DNA of 64,000 nt, from the NCBI GenBank assembly GCA_017454325.1, contig JAFTDG010000055.1, positions 8,018 to 72,017 on the forward strand. The letters run 5' to 3'. This DNA comes from Desulfovibrio sp. Its GTDB lineage: Bacteria; Desulfobacterota; Desulfovibrionia; Desulfovibrionales; Desulfovibrionaceae. The translations under genes were made by a program, and so were the position numbers. The notes below the pieces were generated by a model. It was not told the origin of the DNA. It searched no databases and saw nothing but the letters and a program-made list of their open reading frames with translations. Shown piece by piece: positions 1 through 9,200 of the stretch (within the stretch, counting starts at the first letter, position 1; the number at the start of each line of letters is the position of its first letter).

Positions 1-249
1 GCCCTGTTCATCCTTGGGGTGACGTTCTTTGGTGTAGTGGGCATGTTCCCGGGCATGATTATATCTTCACTGGATCCCGCCGCCACGGTGACAGCCTTCA
101 ACGGTGCCTCCAGCCCGCTGACACTCAAAATCATGCTGGGCGTGGCACTGGTTATGGTACCTATTGTATTGGCATACCAGTTCTGGACATATCGGCTCTT
201 TTCCGCACCTGTTACGTATAAGGATCTTGAAGACGATCACGCCTATTAG
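1..249 (+). CDS. cydB: cytochrome bd-type ubiquinol oxidase subunit II, C-terminal fragment (5' end lies outside the window)
   Basis: Frame 1 is open from nt 1. The last TM helix and tail (LKIMLGVALVMVPIVLAYQFWTYRLF) resemble the conserved CydB C-terminus. Stop codon at 247-249. Confidence 0.7.
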   Translation, partial: ALFILGVTFFGVVGMFPGMIISSLDPAATVTAFNGASSPLTLKIMLGVALVMVPIVLAYQFWTYRLFSAPVTYKDLEDDHAY

Positions 250-279
250 CGATGACTGACACGTTCCGGACTGTCCACG

Positions 280-996
280 ATGGTCCGGAACGCTTTTTCA
301 AACGCCTCTATGAATATTCTGAAAAAAGCCCTAGAACGGGGCATCACACCAGCAAATATTCTCTCCTATGTGAGCCTGCAGACCATGCGGCTGTGGGGAA
401 TTTTCTGGGGTACCATACGCCTAAGGACCAAAGCCCGCCTTTTGGGGATTGAATTGGGGGCAGGCGTTACGGCACACGGCCCTGTTGGGCTTTTGCGCTG
501 GCCGGGTGGGCGCATCCGTATTGGTGCAAGAACAAACATCATTTCCTCATGGCGACGAGCTACGGCAGCGGCACTGAACCACCCCACGCGTCTGCGTGTT
601 TTCGGCCCAGGAGCATGCATCGACATCGGTCCCGATTGCCAATGCAGCGGAGCTTCCATTACGGCTCGCTCCCAAACCATACGCTTGGGGCGACAGGTCA
701 TGCTGGCCCCCAACTGTATCATTACGGATTCAGACTTCCATGCCCACTGGCCTCCAGAGGCCCGAATAAAGGAACCTGGCATGGTAAATGACCGTCCAGT
801 AACCATTGGTAACTATGCCTGGATTGGCATGAATAGTATCATCCTTAAAGGCGTGACACTCGGAGAAGGGGTTATAATTGGCGCAGGCAGCGTAGTCACG
901 CATGATATCCCGCCCTTCTGCATGGCCGCTGGTGTTCCTGCGCGAGTGCTGCGTCACATGGGCCCCAATACTGTCCAATCGAGAGAACAGGTTTGA
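280..996 (+). CDS. left-handed beta-helix (hexapeptide-repeat) acyl/acetyltransferase
   Basis: Hexapeptide repeats NYAWIGMNSIILKGVTLGEGVIIGAGSVVTHDIPPFCMAAGVPARVL, typical of the WcaF/Maa-type O-acetyltransferase C-terminus. An alternative start lies at 310. Confidence 0.8.
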   Translation: MVRNAFSNASMNILKKALERGITPANILSYVSLQTMRLWGIFWGTIRLRTKARLLGIELGAGVTAHGPVGLLRWPGGRIRIGARTNIISSWRRATAAALNHPTRLRVFGPGACIDIGPDCQCSGASITARSQTIRLGRQVMLAPNCIITDSDFHAHWPPEARIKEPGMVNDRPVTIGNYAWIGMNSIILKGVTLGEGVIIGAGSVVTHDIPPFCMAAGVPARVLRHMGPNTVQSREQV

Positions 997-1002
997 TGCC
1001 AT

Positions 1003-4000
1003 ATGCCCTATACGTCGCCCACATCTCCCGTGGGGGAATATGTTGCAGCGCTTTTAGCATCACAAAAACTTGGCTCTCAAGTCACCTGTCATCGCTTACT
1101 GCCCTCTTGTGAAGCACAATATGCCCCGACGCGCCAGCCTTGGCCCGCCGCTGTGACGCGTTTGCTGGATGAACGCGGTATTCGTGGCCTATACAGCCAT
1201 CAGGCTCTGGCAACAGACCACATACGCGCCGGTCATTCCGTGGTGGTAGCAACGCCTACAGCCAGTGGTAAAAGTCTCATTTACAACCTACCAGTACTAG
1301 AGCGTTTCCTGCATGATCCTGACGCCCGGGCTCTGTATCTCTTTCCACTCAAGGCCCTGGCACAAGATCAACTGAATGTCTTCAACGCACTGGTTCAAAG
1401 TTGGCCTCAAGAAAGCCGCCCTGCTGCTGCACTCTATGATGGCGATACCAGTGACCATTTTCGTCGCAAGATACGACGCAATCCCCCTACTGTTCTCATC
1501 AGCAATCCCGAGATGCTGCACCTCGCCATTTTGCCGCACCATGAACAATGGGCATCCTTTTTGGCTGGCCTAAGCTTTGTGATAGTGGACGAAGCTCATA
1601 CCTACCGTGGCGTTTTTGGTGCGCACATGGCGCAGGTTTTCAGACGGCTTAACCGGCTCACCCTGCGCTATGGCACGCAGCCTGTCTATATCCTGTGCAC
1701 CGCCACCGTAGGCAACCCTGGAGAGCTGGCTGTCGCCCTCACTGGAACACAGGCAAACCCTGCAACGCAGAACCCTGTGGTTATCACCACCTCTGGGGCT
1801 CCGCAGGGGCCACGACATTTCATCTTTCTCAATCCGGAACAAAGTGCGGCCACAGCGGTTATTAATCTGCTCAAAGCAGCTCTTGCCCGTAACCTGCGCA
1901 CCATTGTCTATTGCCGTTCAAGACGTATGACCGAACTCATCAGTCTATGGACCGGGCAATCCGGTGCTTTTGGAAAGCGAATCTCCGCGTACCGTGCCGG
2001 TTTTCTGCCGGAAGAACGTCGCAGCATTGAAATGCGTATGGCCTCAGGCGATTTGCTGGCAGTTGTAACCACCAGCGCCCTCGAGCTAGGCATTGACATT
2101 GGAGGCCTCGATGTCTGTATTCTTGCGGGTTATCCCGGTACAGTCATGGCCACATTGCAGAGAGGTGGACGCGTAGGCCGTGCTCAACAGGAATCGGTAG
2201 TCATCGTTGTGGCCGGCGAAGATGCACTGGATCAGTATTTTGCCCGAAATCCCAATGATTTCTTCACCCGTCCGCCGGAAAAAGCTGTTGTCAACCCTGA
2301 CAATGATGTCATTTTAGCCCGTCATCTGGAATGTGCCGCTGCAGAGCAGCCCCTGTCCCCCGGAGAACCCATACTGCAAAGCTCGGCTGCGCGCGCAGCT
2401 GCGAGAAAGCTCAATATGCAGGGACTGTTACTATGGACGGCAGATGGTACGCAGCTTGTGGCCACACGCAAACGACCACAACAACATACAGATCTGCGCG
2501 GCACCGGACAAACCTTCACCATCGAAAACACAGAGGGACGCATAATTGGCTCAGTAGATGGCTTTCGTGCTTGGCGCGAAACACATCCTGGCGCAGTATA
2601 TCTGCATCATGGTCAAAGTTATGTTATTGAAGAAGTGGATGCCGGTCGCGCACGCGTAATCGCAAAGGCAGCCAATGTTTCGTGGTTCACACGCACACGC
2701 GGCCAAAAACATACGGATATTCTTGAAGAATTAGAACGCCGTTCCATAGGACGTGCACTGGTGTGCCGGGGTCGATTACGTATTACAGACACTATTACCG
2801 GTTACGAAAAACGAAGCACTTCAGGCAACAGACTGCTCACTGTTGTTCCACTTACGGTTCCTCCCCAAATCTTCGAAACAGAGGGGTTATGGTTTGTCAT
2901 TCCGGACACCATCCGGACAGCACTGGAAACCCAGTTCCTGCATTTTATGGGCTCCATCCATGCGATGGAGCACGCCTCCATCGGATTGTTACCTCTAATG
3001 GTCATGGCGGATCGTAATGATTTCGGCGGCATTTCAACTCCACTCCACCCACAGACGGGCTTCGCCTGTGTTTTCATCTATGACGGCCTGCCTGGTGGGG
3101 CAGGCTTGACACGACAGGCTTTTCCAGAAGCACGGTCACTGTTAGAAGCCACCTTGCGCGCTGTAGAGGGCTGTACCTGTGAAGATGGATGTCCTTCCTG
3201 CGTACACTCTCCAAAATGCGGATCAGGGAACAGACCCATTAGCAAAGAGGGCGCACTCGAACTCATGCGCCAATTGCTTGCCCCTGGCACAGAAGGGGAA
3301 AGGCTGTATTGCGAACTACAAATTAGCCAATCTCCAGCGAGATTGGAAATCCCTGACACGGGCACACAGCATGATGTGGCAACTCATGCTGCAAGAACAA
3401 CGGATAACACAGCCACACAAGCACAACCGCAACGGACAGACGTGACACGCTATCCTGCGAGGAACTGCGTTATACAAAAAAATGAAGTTATTGAAGACAG
3501 TTCCTATACCCCTGTACCACCGCCCAGCCACTACGTTGTTTTTGATGTTGAAACACGCCGATCTGCTGCAGAAGTAGGAGGATGGCACAGAGCAGATAAA
3601 ATGGGGGTAAGTATAGCCGTTGTCTATGACAGCAAGGATGACAACTATTATACCTATCAACAGGATGAATTGTCCGGCCTTTTCCAACAGTTATGCTCTG
3701 CAGAGCTGATAGTGGGCTTTAACAGTTTCCGTTTTGACTATGCCGTGTTGCGACCCTTTGCTCCCTGTGACCTGCGTAATCTGCCAGGATTGGATCTGCT
3801 CCAGCGTTTGACAGAACGACTCAACTATCGTCTGTCTCTCAATAATCTCGGTCAAGCTACACTGTGTGAACCCAAAAGTTCTGACGGTATACAGGCTTTA
3901 CAGTGGTGGCAAGAGGGCCGTTTGGACAGTATTGCAACCTATTGCCGCAAGGATGTGGACATTACACGCCGTCTCTATCTCTATGGATTAGAACACGGTT

Positions 4001-4065
4001 TTTTGCTGTTTACCAATAAAAGCGGAAGCCGGGTCCGAGTCCCTATCGATTTCCGACCACGCTAG
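1003..4065 (+). CDS. MrfA/YprA-type DEAH-box helicase with a DUF1998 (four-Cys zinc) domain, fused to a C-terminal YprB/MrfB-like DEDD (RNase H-fold) exonuclease
   Basis: Walker A ATPTASGKS (nt 1249-1275). DEAH at nt 1588-1599. TAT and QRGGRVGR helicase motifs. DUF1998 signature HAMEHASIG plus CTCEDGCPSCVHSPKCGSGN (nt ~3172-3219). A low-complexity T/Q/A linker follows. Exonuclease motifs are VVFDVETRR (DxE, nt ~3544-3552), VGFNSFRFDYAVL and YCRKDVD. Confidence 0.85.
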   Translation: MPYTSPTSPVGEYVAALLASQKLGSQVTCHRLLPSCEAQYAPTRQPWPAAVTRLLDERGIRGLYSHQALATDHIRAGHSVVVATPTASGKSLIYNLPVLERFLHDPDARALYLFPLKALAQDQLNVFNALVQSWPQESRPAAALYDGDTSDHFRRKIRRNPPTVLISNPEMLHLAILPHHEQWASFLAGLSFVIVDEAHTYRGVFGAHMAQVFRRLNRLTLRYGTQPVYILCTATVGNPGELAVALTGTQANPATQNPVVITTSGAPQGPRHFIFLNPEQSAATAVINLLKAALARNLRTIVYCRSRRMTELISLWTGQSGAFGKRISAYRAGFLPEERRSIEMRMASGDLLAVVTTSALELGIDIGGLDVCILAGYPGTVMATLQRGGRVGRAQQESVVIVVAGEDALDQYFARNPNDFFTRPPEKAVVNPDNDVILARHLECAAAEQPLSPGEPILQSSAARAAARKLNMQGLLLWTADGTQLVATRKRPQQHTDLRGTGQTFTIENTEGRIIGSVDGFRAWRETHPGAVYLHHGQSYVIEEVDAGRARVIAKAANVSWFTRTRGQKHTDILEELERRSIGRALVCRGRLRITDTITGYEKRSTSGNRLLTVVPLTVPPQIFETEGLWFVIPDTIRTALETQFLHFMGSIHAMEHASIGLLPLMVMADRNDFGGISTPLHPQTGFACVFIYDGLPGGAGLTRQAFPEARSLLEATLRAVEGCTCEDGCPSCVHSPKCGSGNRPISKEGALELMRQLLAPGTEGERLYCELQISQSPARLEIPDTGTQHDVATHAARTTDNTATQAQPQRTDVTRYPARNCVIQKNEVIEDSSYTPVPPPSHYVVFDVETRRSAAEVGGWHRADKMGVSIAVVYDSKDDNYYTYQQDELSGLFQQLCSAELIVGFNSFRFDYAVLRPFAPCDLRNLPGLDLLQRLTERLNYRLSLNNLGQATLCEPKSSDGIQALQWWQEGRLDSIATYCRKDVDITRRLYLYGLEHGFLLFTNKSGSRVRVPIDFRPR

Positions 4066-4083
4066 CATTCCAAGGAGGATGAT

Positions 4084-4692
4084 ATGGACAGGCGAGACTT
4101 TTTACGAACCGGAGCAGCCATCGCCGCAGTGACCCTGACGGCCCCAGGGCTTGCCCTTGCCGGAGGCAACGGATTGACCATGAATCTTCCCAAGCCAAAT
4201 ATGGAAAGCGGCAAACTTCTCATGAGCTGCCTTGCCGAACGTCACACTAATCGCAACTTGAGTCGCGACGATGTGGATTTGCCAACCCTTGGCGGGCTGC
4301 TCTGGGCAGCCTGGGGAGTCAACAGAGAAAATGGCAGACATGTCATCCCCACGGCTATGGACAAACAACAAATGGCAGTCTATGCGGTGCGTGGTGATGG
4401 TGTATGGGAATATCTACCCCCAAAACACGCTATTTCGCGTGTGCTGGACGGCGACAAGCGTCCCCTCTTCGATAGGGCAGGGCTAGTGCTGCTCTATACG
4501 GCCCCTAGGAATGATCGCTTTGCTGCCATGCATGTGGGTTCCATGTACCAGAATGTAGGTTTGTACTGTGCTTCTGCCGGTCTGGCCAACTGCGTAAAAT
4601 ACCAAAAACATGAAGTCCTGGATGCAGAGCTACCTCTGCCGCATGGCTGGAAGACATACATCACACACTCCATAGCCCAGCCACTAGGTTAG
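4084..4692 (+). CDS. nitroreductase-family flavoprotein with a twin-arginine (Tat) signal peptide
   Basis: N-terminus MDRRDFLRTGAAIAAVTLTAPGLALAG is an RR motif followed by a hydrophobic region and AxA. The core RHTNRNLS...LGGLLWAAWGVNR is nitroreductase-like. RBS AAGGAGGA lies upstream. Confidence 0.7.
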   Translation: MDRRDFLRTGAAIAAVTLTAPGLALAGGNGLTMNLPKPNMESGKLLMSCLAERHTNRNLSRDDVDLPTLGGLLWAAWGVNRENGRHVIPTAMDKQQMAVYAVRGDGVWEYLPPKHAISRVLDGDKRPLFDRAGLVLLYTAPRNDRFAAMHVGSMYQNVGLYCASAGLANCVKYQKHEVLDAELPLPHGWKTYITHSIAQPLG

Positions 4693-4724
4693 GCGTCCAT
4701 CCCATCGTAAAAGGAGAAATAGTC

Positions 4725-5246
4725 GTGAATAGTGATGCGATCAGCAGTTTACATGTGGATATTTTTCGTCTGTTCAACAACGAATGGGGGTTGCTCACTG
4801 CAGGCCCCATGGCCGACCATAATGCCATGACCATCAGCTGGGGACAGCTCGGTTCTCTCTGGGGCGGCCCAGGTCACGCCAAAAACATCGTCACGGTCTT
4901 TGTAAAACCTGTACGATACACTTTCACTTTCATGGAGAGGCACGATCTGTTTACCATTTGCTGGTTTCCAAAGGATTTCAGGAAAGACCTAGGCATCCTT
5001 GGCAGTAAATCCGGCAGGGATGGAGACAAACTGGCTTTAACACGTCTTACGCCCAAGGCCGTAGGCGAGGGCGTAGGTTACGAACAGGCCACGCTGACTT
5101 TGCTATGCAGGAAACTCTATAGTGACCAGCTCAAAAAGGAACGCATTCCTGCAGACGCCGTTGCCGCCTTTTACAGTGGCGATGACGGTGTTGATCCCCA
5201 CCATATGTATATTGGCGAAATACTGTACATGGAACAGCAGGCCTAG
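4725..5246 (+). CDS. flavin reductase-like (FMN-binding split-barrel) domain protein
   Basis: GTG start 6 nt after AAGGAGA. NAMTISWGQLGSLWG...VTVFVKPVRYT resembles the flavin-reductase-like domain family. Confidence 0.55.
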   Translation: MNSDAISSLHVDIFRLFNNEWGLLTAGPMADHNAMTISWGQLGSLWGGPGHAKNIVTVFVKPVRYTFTFMERHDLFTICWFPKDFRKDLGILGSKSGRDGDKLALTRLTPKAVGEGVGYEQATLTLLCRKLYSDQLKKERIPADAVAAFYSGDDGVDPHHMYIGEILYMEQQA

Positions 5247-5273
5247 AACATATAGACATATAGTTTAATAAAA

Positions 5274-5297
5274 GCCCGGTGTCTGAAAGCACCGGGC
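5274..5297. terminator. GC-rich hairpin (GCCCGGTG-N8-CACCGGGC) between the flavin reductase-like gene and rdgB
   Basis: Perfect 8-bp stem read directly from the sequence. The A/T-rich run lies on the upstream side (TTTAATAAAA), so orientation is ambiguous. Confidence 0.35.
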
Positions 5298-5331
5298 CAT
5301 TGCTGCAATAAAAGATGGGAGAAAACAATAT

Positions 5332-5970
5332 ATGGATACGCCTATGCCTAGACCTTTCCAACGCATCGTATTAGCCACCACGAATGTTGGAAAAATTCGT
5401 GAACTGGCAGAACCGCTGCATTCCTTTGGCGTGGATGTGCTTGGTCTTGCAAATTTTCCCGAAATTGGCCGCATAGAAGAAAATGGCACTTCTTTCGAGG
5501 AAAATGCCTTGATCAAGGCACGTACAGTAGCTGCCATCACCGGTCTTTTAAGCGTAGCCGATGATTCCGGATTGGAAGTGGATGCCCTTGACGGTGCACC
5601 GGGCATACATTCTGCGAGATATTCCAATGACTGGGAAAGCCTACCCGGGGAAAGTCGAGACGCTCGTAATATGCGTAAACTCCTGCACGAACTTGCCAAT
5701 GTTCCAAAGGAATCACGCGGTTGCCGTTTTGTATGCTGCATGGCCGCAGTACGTCCCGATGGGAAGGAATTTGTCGCACGTGGAATCTGGGAGGGCAGTA
5801 TATTACGCGAACCCCGTGGCAGTAATGGCTTTGGCTATGACCCGATATTTTGGATTCCAGCGATTGGTAAAAGTGCTGCCCAGCTGACCCGGGAAGAAAA
5901 AACCGCCTGCAGCCACCGAGGAAATGCCCTGCGGTGCCTGTTAGCCAACTGGGGGAATTTTACTAGCTGA
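5332..5970 (+). CDS. rdgB: dITP/XTP pyrophosphatase (RdgB/HAM1 family)
   Basis: LATTNVGKIRE, DDSGLEVDAL.GAPG, GFGYDPIF and SHRG motifs of non-canonical purine NTP pyrophosphatases. Confidence 0.9.
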   Translation: MDTPMPRPFQRIVLATTNVGKIRELAEPLHSFGVDVLGLANFPEIGRIEENGTSFEENALIKARTVAAITGLLSVADDSGLEVDALDGAPGIHSARYSNDWESLPGESRDARNMRKLLHELANVPKESRGCRFVCCMAAVRPDGKEFVARGIWEGSILREPRGSNGFGYDPIFWIPAIGKSAAQLTREEKTACSHRGNALRCLLANWGNFTS

Positions 5971-6058
5971 TGCCTCGTTAAAAAACGATACATCATTACA
6001 ATACTACCTGCCATTTTTCTGACTTCCGTTGCCATATCCACATGTCTATGTGCCCCCC

Positions 6059-6085
6059 TAAAGTTTTCTAGAAAAAGACCGATTA
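6059..6085 (+). promoter_or_regulatory. putative sigma-28 (FliA) promoter upstream of fliD
   Basis: TAAAGTTT-N11-ACCGATTA compared with the enterobacterial consensus TAAAGTTT-N11-GCCGATAA (8/8 and 6/8 matches). It lies about 200 nt upstream of the fliD ATG. Confidence 0.55.
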
Positions 6086-6288
6086 AAAATGTGCTAGATT
6101 CCCATTACAATCCGTATAGTTGAAATGGGAGCATATTATATACTTTTAGTAATTTGCACACATCTTGCATAACTTTTTTCATCCGCAGAAACACGGCATT
6201 TCCTTCCGACACAATATATTGGAATCAGGCCGTGAATATCCCAGTGTAGTTTTTTGCTGCGGAAGTCTATTTTGTTACGAGGCGTCCT

Positions 6289-9200
6289 ATGGCTATAAGC
6301 ATTTCTGGCTCTAACGCCATCTGGGGCTTAAGCGACTCAGGCACGAACTTTGACGAAGTTCTTGTCAAGCTGAAGCAAGTTGAATCCACGCAGCTCAACC
6401 GGCTGGAAGCTTGGAAGAGTGACTGGAAGCTGCGTTACGACGCCTTTGACAAAATCATTGAGCAGGTAGGTGCGGCTCAGAATATGCTGGCCACGCTAAC
6501 TAACAAGAATAATTTTGTAACCAAGAATGTCGTCAGCAGCGACGCCAACGTTATCACGGCAGTGGCCAATGCTTCTGCCGACGATGTGCAGCACACCATC
6601 AATGTTTCCCAGATGGCCAGTAATGCCATTTGGGCCAATACCGGCAATGTTTTCAGCAGCAAGACCGACCTCATCAATACAACCGGCCAGGCGCAGACCT
6701 TTTCCTACCGCTATGCAGGCCGGGACTACAGCATGAATGTGCCTGCCAATACCACGTTGGATTCCTTTGTCAGCATGGTCAACAGTTCTGCTGAAAATCC
6801 AGGTATCAAGATCAGCCTGGTCCAAACCGGTGGGGGGTATGTTTTCCAGATTGCAGGCAAAAGTACGGGAGCCGACAACGATCTCGTCATCTACAGCAAC
6901 AATCTCGTGGGTATGGACGCCACAGGCTCCACCTCCACCTGGAAGACCAATAACCTTTTGGATATGGCCGCTGCGGTCACCGACCCCACAAACTACGCCT
7001 ATGATCTCCTCATGGAGGACGGTAACAAGTTCACCGTGCGCATCGCTGGCGACAAGACCAACGAAAATCTCGTCACCGCCATCAATGCCAAGGTAGGGCG
7101 CAACATTGCCTCTCTTGACGAAAATGGCAATCTCACGCTGACGGATGTCGCAGCCATGTATCGGCGCGATGCCGATACACAAAGCTCGTTCAGCACGCCA
7201 TCCACCACGCTGACCCTGGGCAGCACACCAGCTGATACAACCCTGCCTTCAGCTCAAACCGTAACACTCCAGATCAACGACGGTATTACCAGCAGTACAC
7301 GCACTCTGAATATTGCCGGCGGCACCAGCCTGAAGGACGCGGCCCTGCAGATTGCCCAAGCCTCCGGTGCCAGTACGGTGCATATGGGGCTCAACAGCGC
7401 CGGCGCGTGGGAGATGAGCCTTGCCAATGTGGAGAGTATCAGCTTCTCTTCAGATGACAGCGGCATTGGCGTCACCAGCTCTGCGGGACAAATGGGCACG
7501 GAGATCACGGGTTCTGGCGTCTCCAAGACATTTTCTACCTCCGTTACTATCTCACAGGATCAGCTTACACAACAACTTGCCGGCCCAGACGCCGACCCAA
7601 CCAAGAGCTTCACGTACACTCTGGTAAAGGCCGACGGAAGCACACAAAATTTTTCCCTTGCGCAGAATGCCACTTATCAGAACTTGCTGGACGAACTGCA
7701 AAACTATGGCAGCATCGACAGCAATACGGTCACATTTACTGATCAGGTAACGGGATTCTACCTCAGCGGCGGCGGCTCGGGTGGCGGCATGGATGGCGTC
7801 ACGGTCAAGACGGATGCCGTAACGACCATTGCTGGCATGACAGGCACGGATACGTTGGAAAGCCCGCCAGACCTTGAATATACTATCGCCGTCAATGACG
7901 GCACAACCAGACAGTTTACATATGCTGGCGGTACAAGCATGTCTGCCATTGTGGCGGATATGCGCAGCCAGGGATTGACCGTGGATCTTGTGGACGCCGA
8001 CGGCAATAGTATAGATACCAGCGCCGGCATTCCTACAACTGGCAACTATTATTTACAATTTACCGATATCAGTTATGTCAGCGGGCCAGGTATCAGTGGA
8101 CAGGTAACGGCATCCTCCAACTGGAGCATCCAGAATGCGGCCAATGCCAAGTATCAGATCGACAACTGGCCGGTTGTAATGGAGTCTTCCTCCAACAGTG
8201 TCAGTGACGCTCTGGAAGGCGTTGTTTTCAATATTCAAGGCACGGGCACGGCCAATATTAGTGTCAGCACGGATATTGCTTCGGTGGAACAGTCCATCCA
8301 GAACTTTCTGGACGCCGTGAATTCCGTGCTGCTCACCATACGTGAATACACATCATACGACGAAAACAAGGAAGTAACCACCAACGATCCCGACAAGATT
8401 GGCAGCAGTAATTACAGCACTTCTCAGCTCACTACAGAAAAGGGCGGCCTATTGCAGGGCAACTATGGAGTGCAACTGTTCAATTCACGCTTTACGAGCC
8501 TGCTCGGCAGTGCGCCTCCTGGCTTCACCAGTCGTACGGACGCCTCGGACATCCTCTCTGGTGATACCCTGGCCAACCTGGCCAACCTGGGCATCAAGAT
8601 GGACACAACTGCAACCAGCAAGACTTATGGCTTGCTGGTAATAGCGCCCGCTGCCAGTATTGCTTCCATTCAGGAGATGGATGAGAGCAATTATGAAAAT
8701 ATGATCAACAACAACCTGTCCGCAGTGGTAGATTTTTTCTGCGCAAGCGGTACAGGCGCAAGCTCTTCTCCTGATTTTCGCTACGGCAGCCATGTCTCCG
8801 GTATCACCAAGGGTGGTACCTATGACGTTTCCTATACAGTAGATGCTACCGGCAACATTGAACACGTCTACGTGGGAGGCGTGGAAGCCACACGGGATAC
8901 GAGCCAGCCCGGCTACTACTACAGTGTGGCCTCTGGTGATGCGCGCGGTCTTTCGTTTCAAATAGATAATTTGGCGGAAGGGGCACATTCCGGGCAGATC
9001 CGCATCAAGGAAGGCCTGATCCAGACGGTCAATACCTTTCTCAAGAACGAACTGAAGTTTACAGATGTCAATGTCTCCACCACTGCAGGCACAAATACCG
9101 ACGCTATTGCGCTCAAGTCACAAAATGGCGCACTCATGGTTTTGCGCGACAACTACAAAAAGATTATGGAGAACATTGACAAAGCAATCGGCAAGGAAGA

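Noticed and set aside
6154-6169. TTGCAC-ACATC-TTGCA upstream of fliD, as a possible sigma-54 promoter.
   Set aside because: The -24 element has TG instead of the essentially invariant GG. The sigma-28 match at 6059-6085 is much better.
6496-7182. 228-aa ORF antisense to fliD (also 8485-8988, 7758-8045).
   Set aside because: It lies fully inside the well-supported fliD frame. Its composition is low-complexity (G/I/D/V-rich), typical of shadow ORFs. It has no start context and no recognisable motif.
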